A stretch of DNA of 64,000 nt, from positions 248,001-312,000 of the forward strand of contig JADIIX010000004.1 of NCBI GenBank assembly GCA_027604505.1, in the 5' to 3' direction. The translations under genes and the position numbers were made by a program. Origin of the DNA: Gonapodya sp. JEL0774 (taxonomy: Eukaryota). Positions 13,204-25,181 of this stretch are shown here, piece by piece. Each line of letters begins with the position of its first letter. Position 1 is the first letter of the stretch. The notes beneath the pieces were generated by a model. The model searched no databases, was not told the DNA's origin, and saw only the letters and a list, made by a program, of their open reading frames with translations.

Positions 13204-14238
13204 TTATGCAAGCTAGAATGTGAAGAAGAAGTCAGGCTTCGGAAACGGGATGAAATCAACATAGACTACAACAGAATCTCACCGTCCCAACCACTGTGTA
13301 CTTCTTGCGGTAATGAGCCTCCCATTTGTTCAATGTCTCAATCTGACACGAGACCACGACGAGTCACAAAAGAAATTGCATAGAAGAATTCGTCAAACAA
13401 AATCAACAAAAGGGAACTCGAGCAAGTGAATAGTTCCGATTGATTGACAGACCTCTTCCGCCGTTAAACCTGACGTGTCTGAAATACAGTCCTCGGGCTT
13501 CAACGAGCTTTTCGCGAGTGCCTTGTGATGTTGGTGGGAAGAGTTTTGAGACGGTATTTGTCAATATCAAGGACATAAACGTGACACTTGCAAATTCATT
13601 GCTGGGGTGGCAATGACGATCAAAGCCGAACTTGTTTCCAACTCACCCTAGACGCGTCCTTACCTGCAAAAACCGAGTATCCCTTGCCCGGCTGGTACAT
13701 GTCTTTACCCTGGGCGGTGGGAACGAGGTAATCGGCAGTTTAATGGAGTGGTCAAATAGGAGGATCACGTATCATGTAGTGAGAAAGCTCCCCAATCAGA
13801 CTGTCGGCTGAACCCCTCATGTCTGATTCTGGGTCTGGCCCTTGTAATACCCCACGATCCAGGCTGCTGATATGTTCAAGGAATCGCACGAAGCATTGGG
13901 TCGAAACTCCAACCTAGAACGCAAATCCGACGTCCAAAGGACCGGCCATGGCACGGGTTGCAAAAGAAAATTGCAGATTATCCTTTCAGTGGATATGTGC
14001 CCATCCGAATACATTAATGTCTTGCTCCCATACTCCAGCGCCTCTATCGAACCCATTATCAAGGTATATTTCTCCTCCGTTGGAGTCATCCACCGATTCC
14101 TGCTATGAAAATGATTCCTCCCCGTGCGCTTACCGCAGATACATCGAACACGACACCCTTGATGGCAAGATACACCGGTTTGGCCGGATCCTTTCCATCA
14201 AATTCTGAGAGTTCGGCAGGAGTAAAAACTCTGGTCAT
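13204..14238 (-). CDS. Small cytochrome b5-like heme/steroid-binding protein (MAPR/Dap1 family); 5 exons, absent from the ORF track
   Basis: Spliced product: MTRVFTPAELSEFDGKDPAKPVYLAIKGVVFDVSA|GKDMYQPGKGYSVFAGKDASR|ALAKSSLKPEDCISDTSGLTAEE|IETLNKWEAHYRKKYTVVGT|LA*. Confidence 0.9.
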
Positions 14239-14806
14239 GGTACGATGCGGCACCTAAGGGAAATGGATGAGAAGAGAAAGGGAGATTTGTCACAACATAG
14301 AAGAAGAAGGAAACACAGGACAATATTGATCCTTAGAAAAGATGAAAGAACCGTCTTCAGCAAATATGTCAAAGTTTCGATCACTGCTCATCAGTCCTCT
14401 TGATATATCACGATCCAGATCCATTTTCCAAAGCCATAAGTACCCATCTTCAGCAGTATCATCTCCCAACAATTGGAGCTTTGGACTATCAAAAATCATT
14501 CCATGTTGATTGTGGAAACTCACGGTGTTGGCGGAGAGGCAGACAAGATGTCCAAAGGGTGTTGGTTTGGGAGTGGGGCTTACACCTTGGGGTGATCATC
14601 CCATACATCCTTACGAGAGTAACAAATTTTCACACTATAGACGCCGGGTACGTCATGCACGCGACAGAGAGCCCGAGCGTAGTTGCTTTCTGCTGACGTT
14701 CTGACAGGCGAAGACGAAGGAGAACCTCGCCTGAAACCGATCACACCCGGCTTTTGCAGACTTGTGGCTCGACATGGGGACAACTGCTAGCGAGGAATGC
14801 CAAACG

Positions 14807-17800
14807 ATGCTCAGTCTTTGGAATGCGATCTGTTTCAGCTCTCTGCTCAAACTACTTCTGGCATTGATATGCTTCTCCTCCCCCGCTCTCGCTTTTGATG
14901 GTACCACAGCAAGGTCGCACTACCCGGGAGAACTTCGTTTGGTGATCCGCCAAGTCGCCCTCACAACCACAATTCCATCCCAATTTCTCGTTGGTGCAAA
15001 GACTAAAACAACGACGACAACCTACACAAGAACCACTTCGAGTACGCTGACTACTGACGGTCCCACACGTGAGAAAACAATTAAGATCGCGCTTTCGACT
15101 CTCTCGACTTACGACTTACGACTTATGGGTAAACGTTGATTTCAGCGTCAACGACGCCCCTTGTCACAGCTACTCGCTCCACGCTCTCCTCAAGTACCTC
15201 GTCTGTGACATCGACTCAAACATCCTCCCAAACTAGTTGGACAGTCTCTTCAAGCTCCACAAGTAAGAATTCAAGTTTATACTCGATCGTCATATTCGCA
15301 TGAATTGAGTGTTGTGCTGTGCCACTCTCACAGCAAGTCGGGCGTCGACAACATCTTCACTCGGCACTTCATCATCATCGACTCGAACAACGTCCGAAAA
15401 GAGTACGACGATCACCCCAAGCTCCACAAGTAGGCAAGTTTTTGGAAGCTGTATCTTGGAACTCATCTTAATTTGCGGGGTTCTCCGCTTGTTGGTCATC
15501 CCAGTAGCTCCTCCGACTACGACTGTCAGTCCTACCACAACGCGGACCTCCACTGCGTCCTTAACTAGCATTCCTTCGTCATCGACTCGAATTGTGTCAC
15601 AATCGAGTTCCACAAGCACCACAATCTCTACAAGTAGGACTCCAGTCTAAATCAAGGCTCAGTACATCTTAGTTTACGGATTTCTCTTGCTCATTTATCA
15701 CGCCAGCACTCCTGTTGATTACTAATGCTAGCTCTACCACAACTCGGAGCTCTACCTTGTCCTCAGCCAGCACTCCTTCCTCGTCCACTCAAACTTTGTC
15801 CCAACCAAGTTCCACCACCGCCTTAAGCTCCACCAGTAAGAATACACCTCGAAGTTTGAAGTCAGACTCCATTTTTCATGGATATTTTTCCTTCATTGGT
15901 TGTGCCAGCACTGCAGCTGAGTACAACCCCTAGTACTTCTGCAACGCGGACCTCCAGTGCGTCCTTAACGGACACTCCTTCGACGTCTACTCACACGTCG
16001 GTCCAAACGACTTCCACAAACACTCTAAGCTCCACGAGTAAGAATTTCAGAAACTGGAGCCTCGGGCTCTCTTAACAGTGAAAATTTGTCTCATTGGTTA
16101 TCTCAGCCGTGCAATTGACCACTACTGCGAGTCCTACCGCACCTCATGCCACAACTCACACCTCTACTTTATTCTCAATCAGCGCTCTTTTGTCATCCAC
16201 TGAAACGTCGTTTCAACCAAGCTCAACGAACACCTTAAGCTCCACCAGTAAGAATGCAATTCGAAGATTGAACGTTAGACTCGCGTAACTCGTGGACTTC
16301 TCTCCTTCATTTTGATATCCCAGCACTGCTGCTGAATACAACCACCAGTAGTTCCACAACCCGGACCTCTACTGCGTCCTTCACTAACACTCCGTCGACA
16401 TCGACTCTCACGTTGGTCCAAACGACTTCCACAGCCACCTTAAGCTCCACAAGTAAGAGCTTATGCGAAGACGAGCCTCAGACTGTCTTAACTTACGGAT
16501 TTCTCTCTCCATGGTTATCTTAGCGATAATGTTGACTAGTAGCGCCAGTTCTATCTCAACTCAGAACTCAACTGTGTCCTCAACGAGCACTCCTTCGCCA
16601 CTCACTCAAACTTTCTCCCAACCAAGTTCCACAGGCACTTTAAGCTCAACCAGTAAGAATACAATCCGAAGCTTGTAGTTCAGACTCTGCTAAAACATGG
16701 ATTTCTCCACTTCATTTGTTATTCCAGCACAGCAACTGACTCTCATTGCCAGTTGTTCTACAACGCGGACCTCCACTTCGTCCTTAACTGACACTCGTTT
16801 GACATCGACTCACACGTGGGTCCAAACGAGTTCCGCAAGGACGCTCAGCTCCACAAGTAAGAACTAAGAAGAAGCTCGAACCTCAGACTCTCTAAATTTA
16901 CGGGTTACTTTCCTATTTATCTCCAACGACATCCCAAGCAGTGAAATCCCTTCTGTTAACCAGCGCTATCTCCGAGACTGCGACGGAATATTCGACCGTC
17001 ACAAATGCGGGTGTGTGATGCGCGAATGACTGTATCTTTTTGATCCGGATATGTATGGATGGCTGCTTTTTAATTGCAGTTGAAGCGTCTAGCTCCAATA
17101 CAGTAGCCTCGGTCGGGGCAAGCAGCACAGAAGCCGTACCGCCGGACACTATCCTTCCATCATCCGTGTCTCTCTCTCGTACATTCGAAAGCTCCGCCAC
17201 ACCAACGAATGGTACGACATTGATTCCTCCCACGAACTCCTCTTCAGTTCTTGTTATCGGAGGTGCGACTGGTGCAGGTGTTTTGGTTACTGGTGCAGGC
17301 GCGTTTGTTGCTGTCAGCAGAGCCCGCCGGAAGCGGAAGCGACGTCATCGCCATCACGTAGTCGAACCTACATGTGAACCTGTTAAGGATAATTCTGGCT
17401 CCATGGATGTTGTTGGCTCGATAGGGATGAGCCTCACCAGTTCGGATCGCCTTGGATCCGCTGGTTCAGGCTATCTGGGTGATAGTCAAAGTGTCTGGAG
17501 AATTGCAGGATCTTCGAGTCGCCCTGCGACTTCAGCACCTCGTCCCTTGCCTCTTGCGCGACTCCATCCAGGCCGAAAACGTCAAGCCCGCGTCGTCTCG
17601 CCGTCTGTTGGTACTCTTTCAATGTCTAGCAAAGAGATGAACTCCAGTCAGTCAGTCTCCCCGTCGCAAGAGACAATGGGTAGTGTGCAAGGAGAGCCGC
17701 TCTGGGCATCGGTGGAGCTGCGTATCAAGAACTTTTTTACTAGAGCAGCAGCTACCATCACGGCTCCTCCACAAAACGATATCACTGAGATTCCGGGGAC

Positions 17801-19466
17801 GGAAGATCCTATGCTGAACTCTGAAATGGAGATTGGGAGCTCTCCTGAAGTTGAATTAGAGAGAACTGAATCCACACCAGGAGCCTTAAACGCCTCTCAA
17901 GTTCAGAGTGAATTTCTTTCTTCAGATGCTTTAGGCCCAGTGAGCGAGCGTCCACTTCATGTGCCAATTATTGATGGTGATAATCTGTTTGGTCAAAAGC
18001 ACCAACCTGGGGTAGAACTCTTGTCTCGATACTCGGTCGATCCCATGCGAGCTGAACCTGTGGTTGTACATTTTAATCGATCACACGAGGGGCGTCCACA
18101 GAGGATTGATCTTGTTTCAACCCTCTCTGATGAATCAACGGTAGTTGATCGTTACGAACGTACTCATGAGATGACACCTGTGACCTTTAAACCTTCAAAT
18201 GAGCCTCTACAAGTTGAAACGGCGTCTATGGCGATGGATCAACGAAGTGAAAGCTGCCCTATTGAAAACAATGTGATTCCAACATTGTTGGATTCCCCAC
18301 CCCGCAATCATTTCACTGACCATCAACCTACATTTGTCATGAAAGACCAGTGTTCAGATGGAGGCGTGGAAACTGACGTAGTGCCTCCATTGACGACTGG
18401 GACTCGTATGTCCCGCCAATTATCGAACGACTTTGTTCAGCCACTGTCAGATGCCCCACGCATGGACCGAAAGGACCAATGCCTGGCAAAGGAAGAGACG
18501 GAACTAATAGATTCTCAAATTGAAGGACGACTCAGTCACGTTGAATTTGCGTCATCTCTGATTAATAGGGCACCTGAGGTATTCGGTGTTGCACAGGCTC
18601 CTGCTCCAGAACCGACCGACGATTCAACCGTTCCCCCAGACTATGGGCAACTCAACAATGTGGACCACCTTAATCAACCGGGGGTGACGATTGAAAATGA
18701 TCTTCTGGAAGGAAACCTGACCGAACAACATATTCCTGACATTGAACTTGTCGACTGTGCATCACCCGATGAAAACAAACCACTTCAACATCCCTCAGCT
18801 GCACGAGATCGGCCTCGGCTCTTCTTCACGGCTGACACAAGATTGCGCGATAACAATCGTTCTGGCTGTGTACTGGACGGTGATTCTCATTTCGAGACAA
18901 CAACGAACAACACACCAAACATTGTGGGGATTCGGGCAGATCCTCTCCTGTTCCAGCGGCGGAACAAGCAAGCATCTCGCACTTCGCAAGAACAGCTCTC
19001 TAACTCTACATCGAGTTCAAGAGAGCAACAACTTCGCGAATCAGGGGGGAATAGTCAGTCAAACGAATCTGAGACTTGGAGTCTCAAAAATGAAGCCCTC
19101 TCCCTCATAAGTTCGTCCCGTATGCGAGATCTGCCACCCCAATTGTTTTCCAGGAGTCCATTGCCCGTTCAACAACCGCTATTCGATCAACCGCGAGGGT
19201 TCTCCGACTCAAAAACACCGATCTCCGCTAGTCGAGCAGACAGATTGTGGGACGAGATTGATAACATTGCAGAAGAAGTGCATGACCGGGTTCCAGCCAT
19301 GCGCCCTTTGACGACCCAGGGGGAGGGACGATCCGGAACCGAAGTCACTGAGAAAGACGTCAGGCGACGACGACTGTCCTCAAGAGGCTCATCTATGAAC
19401 TCCAATGCCGCCCAAGGAAGGAGACAATCTGATAGTTGGCAACCTCCGGGACCTTGGAAACCGTGA
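14807..19466 (+). CDS. Type I membrane mucin-like protein: signal peptide, Ser/Thr-rich repeat stalk, single TM helix, long disordered cytoplasmic tail
   Basis: Signal-like MLSLWNAICFSSLLKLLLALICFSSPALA; about 10 Ser/Thr-rich exons; hydrophobic VLVIGGATGAGVLVTGAGAFVAV followed by basic RARRKRKRR; 808-aa terminal ORF. Confidence 0.75.
15146..16860 (+). repeat. Tandem exon+intron repeat array, ~9 units of ~170-210 bp
   Basis: Donor motif (AGCTCC)AC(A/C/G)A|GTAAG or GTAGG recurs near 15263, 15430, 15634, 15836, 16038, 16248, 16453, 16653 and 16856. Confidence 0.85.
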
Positions 19467-19650
19467 GGCAAACGAGCGGAGTTGGCGGGAATCGGAAATA
19501 TGCATCAGAATTACTCATCCTCATCACTGTGATTGTATAGTGTTGTTAAATTTTGAATGCAAGATAGAAGGCAGGAAATTCAATACATAGGGGATGGACG
19601 AACCCGCTTACAACATTTCATTTTTCAAAGATCGATCTCGTAGCCTGCAA

Positions 19651-22600
19651 ATGGGATCTCACCCGCAGATTCAGCTGGTACCGCTTGGTGAGTCTCGTCA
19701 TTGCTTCTAAACTTGGTTGTTCGGCTTTGCTACGCTCACCGACCTGTTTGCGGACTCTTCACTTGATCTGGTCACTATGACGACCCACTCAACACTATGA
19801 TGACCCACTCATCATTTGACTACTCGTGTGGTCAATTGCATTTGTCAATTTGAAATCAAATCAATGAAAAACTGCCTCTCCTGAACGGCAACGGGTTCTC
19901 TCTGGAATCGTGGAAACATCATTTGACCATTAGGCGCGGGACAGGACGTTGGCCGATCTTGCATTTTGCTGAGAATGGGCGGAAAGCACATCATGCTAGA
20001 CTGTGGTATGCGTGAGTGCCTTCACGATGTCGGAACTCTGAAATTGGACTCCCATTGAAACGCATTCCCGGAACTTCTTGAAACCCTGTCAAATACTGCG
20101 ACGATGGCGTAACATAAAGACATGGGCTACAACGATGACCGACGCTTCCCTGACTTTTCGTATATTGCCCCGTACCACCCTGCAACAAATTACACATCAA
20201 TGATTGACTGTGTGATCATCTCCCACTTCCACCTTGATCACTGTGGGGCGCTTCCTTTCTTCACCGAGTGTCTTGGATATGACGGACCTGTGTACATGAC
20301 TCACCCAACCTACAAAATAGCTCCGATCCTTCTCGACGATTACAGGAAGATTACAGTGGAGAAGCGAGCAGCACAGGGCCAAGAAGTCAAGACCAGTGCC
20401 GGAGCTTCGACCCCCGGCTCTGTCGGAAGTGCAGTCAGTACCTCACAATCACCTGAAAGCAACGAACATTCTGGGCGAAGCCTGCTCGCACAAATCACGC
20501 CGGACACATTTTTCACAGAAGGAGACATTAAGAATTGCATGAAAAAGGTCATTCCGATTGATGTCAATCAAGCTATTCAAGTTGATTCCCAACTTACGAT
20601 ACGACCTTATTATGCTGGACACGTGTTGGGAGCAGCTATGTTTCATATTCAAGTCAGCATCCCGGCCATTAACTCTACCACATGTCCTTCTGCTTCGTTC
20701 ACGTTCCACCCGTATAATACGCCCTACCTGCCCCATCCTACTTTGACGTGTGTCTACACGGGCGATTACAACACCACGCCCGATCGACATCTCGGTCCGG
20801 CTCAAATAGATCGCTGCCGCCCTGATGTACTCATCACAGAGACAACTTACGCAACTTTCACACGCGATTCCAAACGCACACGCGAACAAGCATTTCTCGA
20901 GGCTTGCCATCGAACTGTTTCTCAAGGTGGCAAAGTACTGATACCTGTTTTCGCATTAGGGCGGGCACAAGAATTGTGCATTCTGGTAGAAGGATATTGG
21001 GAGAGAATGGGTCGAGAGCTCCAGAATGTTCCTGTTTATTTCTCCGCGGGTCTCACCGAGAAGGCAAACGACTATTACAAGATGTTTCTGCAATGGACTA
21101 ATGAATCACTCAGAGTTAACTTTGTAGATCGAAACCCGTTCGATTACAAGCACATTCGGTAAGTTCAACAACAACCATTTTCTCCGAGCACCGCAAATCC
21201 ACTGAAACTGCCTTTGGCCTGCGTATGAATCGGTTTCAAATGAATTCACCCGTTTTCTGAGACCATTCACCAATCTCTCATTGGCCGATTCTCCGGGCCC
21301 GATGATTCTCTTCGCTACACCCGGCATGCTTCACGCTGGTGCCTCTCTGACAGTGTTTCTCAAATGGTGCTCCAATCCTCTCAATGCAGTCATACTACCG
21401 GGCTATTGTGTTCCAGGCACTGTCGGGGCACGTGTTCTAGCAGGAGAGCGAGTTATACCACTGGACAGATGGACGAACGTGGAAGTGAAATGCAGTGTGT
21501 ACAATATGAGCTTCTCTGCTCATGCTGATGCCAAGGGGATAATGTCTCTTATATCCGCGTGTGAACCCAAAAATGTGGTGTTGGTTCATGGGGAAAGGTC
21601 AAAAATGAGCACATTGAAGGAGAGGATTGTCAAAGAGAAAGGACTACCGTGCTTTGACCCTGGGAATGGAACCACTGTTACAATTGAGGTTGGTAGGAGC
21701 TTGGTTGCACGATTGGATCGCGAACTTGTGGTCGCAGCTTGGAGGGAGGAAGCCAAGCGACGCAGAACGCAGATTGAGATGACCAGTGTCGGAAAACTGC
21801 ACTCGACACCAATGCCGATTGGAGCAATTGATGTCTCTGAGAGGGTGATCACCTCTCATGTGAGTCATATTGACTCGCGTGACGTCGCTGTCCCGTGGGA
21901 CAGTACTGGCCGTGCAATATCCACTGTGACTTCTGCTATACCCCTCTCGGCTGCGCTCCTGTGGGATCGCACGGTCCTGCCTCGTGTGGACATTGGCGGG
22001 CTTTTCAACACAAGTCCCCCGCAACCAACCCTATCGACTTCTCAGGTCGCCCCGCCTCCTCTCGGGCGGCCCCATCTGATGCAGAGGATCCGAGATCCCA
22101 TTGTTTTAACAAAGAAATCAGGAGATGAAGAGACCCCGACATTAGAGCGTTTATTCCCTACAAAGCCTGTGGACTTGGGAGCTGGTATCCTGACAGTTAT
22201 AGATCCCTTGGATGCTGCGCAGATAGTTCAATCTAAAAGTTTGCAAGGACTCTTGTCGAAACCAAAAGTGATCCCGTCCACATCTCAGCCGGACCGGGCG
22301 TTATCTGTATTTGGAAGCGATCCTGTTGGACAACAATGGATCTACCACAGACTGCGAAAGCCTTTCAATTTAGCCCGTCTATATCTGTCAATGCTCAAGG
22401 AGCCCGACTTTCTCACGCCAAACGGATCCGTTAGCTCGTCCGGAACTAATTTGTCCGCACGAGTCAACACACGTCTCGCTGAGCGGATTTATTTGAGCCT
22501 TAACGAGTATGTTGGATCGGTGGAAGGGATTTCTGTGCGATTGGAGAAGCATGAGTCCCACAACGGCCAGAACATTCTCGCCACCATAATAGTTGGTGAG

Positions 22601-23002
22601 CCGCACCTCCTCCCGCCAGCTTTGCGTGAAAACTACGCAGACATTGATCCCGGCATTGTGGTTGTGGAAGTAAATCGACCACCCAGCACCGAGGTGCACT
22701 TCCGCTGGGTGGAGTGTGTTGGATCTGGTGCGAAAATGTGGAACATTGTAGGAGGGATTCAAGGGAGTGCCAGCGAGGACTTATCAGAGGAACTGGAGAA
22801 CACTGAAAGTGATCAAAAGGAGGATGGTGAGCTAGCCGACGATATGGACATTGCTAAAGATAATGCACAATTAGGAGTTCTTTTTGGAGGAGGCAATGGT
22901 TCTGACCGGAAGCGCTCCGTCAATGTCGAAAAATCTGATACAAACTTGGATGTGTCCAGTCTCGCAGACAGGGTCATGACGGTGGTATCGTGGGCACTAT
23001 GA
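19651..23002 (+). CDS. INTS11: Integrator complex subunit 11 (CPSF3L; metallo-beta-lactamase/beta-CASP RNA endonuclease)
   Basis: [13 protein letters not shown]...[55 protein letters not shown] and [11 protein letters not shown] match the INTS11 paralogue. Confidence 0.92.
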
Positions 23003-23121
23003 ATTAAATGTGTTGGTGGGATGGATAGATTGCATATAGATTCTGTTGCCAATCGCACATCTCAAACATAGTTGGTGAGCAAGCCTCCGCCAAACCTTTC
23101 GGTATCCTCGTCGTTCGCAGC

Positions 23122-25037
23122 ATGTCACATCAGCATCAAGGCGGAGGCCGGTCACAAGATCGAGGAATCATTAGCGACATATTTAATCAGTTTGTTCACC
23201 CACCGCAAGGTGGGAAAACAAGCGGTCTCTTCAATACCGACTGTGAAAGTCTTCAGAAGGGAAACTGAGCCCAGACTCTTTCTTTGCAGGCAGTAGCGGT
23301 CAAAGGCCAATTGGTAAGATCTGGATTGAGGTATCCGACGTCACCCACACTGAAAATCTTGAGAATGGGCTTTGATTCACTATCGCTTCAGTTTCTGCAC
23401 CAAGTGATGACGTTTTCGCACAAGCAATGGCAGCAATGGGACCCCCACCTTCTGATTTAACAGGTGGAGGAGGTAATGGTGGATACGGTGGTGGGATCTC
23501 TTCTCATTCTGGTGGATATGGTGGGAGCTCGGGACAGCAGGCGGCTTTCGGGTCTAGCAATTCCGCCCCCTCGGGCGGTCTTGGTTAGTTACCACTGAAG
23601 ATGTACTCGGGCGATGTGAATGTTTCATTCCATTCAAACTCTCCCAGTCGCTCCGCCCGGCAATGATCCATTCGCACAAGCCATGGCGCAGATAGGTCTC
23701 CCTCCCGGTAACTCCACAATTGCAAGTGGATACGGAGTAGGAAGCTCAGGACTTTCTGGAGGATACGGAGGTGGTAGCTCGGGGTCTACAGGGGGTCTCG
23801 GTGAGTTGTCACTCACTGTCGCATGGGATGTGAAAGCACTCATTAATTTTCATGATTCGATTCTAAGTGGCTCCTCCAGGAAATGATCCATTCGCACAAG
23901 CCATGGCGCAGATAGGTCCCCCTCCCGGTAACTCCACAATTGCGAGTGGATACGGAGCAGGGAGCTCAGGATTTTCTGGAGGATACGGAGGTGGTAGCTC
24001 GGGGCCTACAGGGGGTCTTGGTGAGTTTCACACACGGTGGGATGTGAAAGCACTCATGTTAATTTTTATGATTCTAAGTGGCTCCTCCAGGAAATGATCC
24101 TTTCGCACAAGCTATGGCGGAGATAGGCCCACCACCAGGTGGAAATAACAGTGTTTATGGCTCATCTGCCGGAGGCAGCGCGGTTTATGGAGGAGGGAAT
24201 GGAGTGGGAACTGGAGGCGGGCTCAGCTCTCCATCCATGGGTGGCGCTGGAGATTCTTCTGGTGAGTACATGAGTATTGATTCGAACCGCAGCTGCAACT
24301 TACTATCACTTGTCACTATTTGCAGCCAGCGGCATTCTCGGTGTGTATAATTTATTTCGTGGCAGTTTCATAAACGCACGTTGAGTTCCTGGGCTCTCAT
24401 GAATGTTCAGGATCACTCCTTGGTGGTGGTGGAGGTGGTGGCGGTAGTGGAGGGCTCTTGGTGTGTTTGAGGGTTTTGTTTGTTTGGGACTTTATGGGGT
24501 TTGATGGCGATTTCACTTTCCCAGGCGATGATCATACCATTACTGATTTCTGCAATGAGCGGCGGAAGTGGCGGCGCTTCAGGTGCTGGTGGTGGTGGTA
24601 CTGGAGGGTTTGGTGTTGCAAACCTTCTTGAAATGGTCAGTGGTCAGTGGTCGCGTCCATTTAATGCTGTTAGAGTGTTGACATGATTCCTATATCCCGC
24701 CCCATACTTCGTCACACTAAGTTTGCCGGAACAAGCAGTTCCCAGACTGGTGGTGAAGGCAACCCTCTGGCAGCTCTCAGTGTAAGTACTGCCTTCTCCA
24801 ACTCAAAACGTTTTTGCATATCTTTACCTCCCTCTTTTGGATGTTGTGTAGGGTCTGCTAACAAAGGGTGCGCAAAATCGTGGAATGGAAGTACCTCGTG
24901 CGTTGCCCAACTACAATGAGCGAGACATGCAGGCGCTCCACAGAGAGCTCGCAAATCTTGGTTATGTCCTAGATCCTCAGCAAGGGCTGAGGCCTATATT
25001 CAATCAAAATTATGCCCAGGCCGGAAATTGGAGATGA
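23122..25037 (+). CDS. Uncharacterised Gly/Ser-rich protein with duplicated APPGNDPFAQAMA exons
   Basis: Probable start MSHQHQGGGRSQDRGIISDIFNQF; four related phase-1 exons; C-terminus ...NERDMQALHRELANLGYVLDPQQGLRPIFNQNYAQAGNWR*. Confidence 0.6.
23640..24140 (+). repeat. Near-identical ~210-220-bp exon+intron tandem duplication
   Basis: AATGATCCATTCGCACAAGCCATGGCGCAGATAGG occurs at ~23662 and ~23882, with a variant at ~24092. The introns also align (GGGATGTGAAAGCACTCAT...ATTCTAAG). Confidence 0.85.
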
Positions 25038-25181
25038 GTTTTGAATGTGATGTGAACCACTAGGTTTAGGCCATGGAGAGTTGTACCTCATTTCTTTGAA
25101 ACGAATATCGCAGTGATGCGACTCAATAGAGAGCAAGGAAATCTGTATTGAAGGTGCTTTAAGGGCAACTACAATGGATTT

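Noticed and set aside
14290..14523. 77-aa ORF upstream of the b5-like gene
   Set aside because: No recognisable motif, and no convincing splice link to the b5 start.
19773..19825. 20-bp tandem duplication CACTATGA(C/T)GACCCACTCA in INTS11 intron 1
   Set aside because: A simple local slippage repeat with no evidence of function.
19651..23002. CPSF73/Ysh1 assignment
   Set aside because: [25 protein letters not shown] and TPDRHLG fit INTS11 better than CPSF73.
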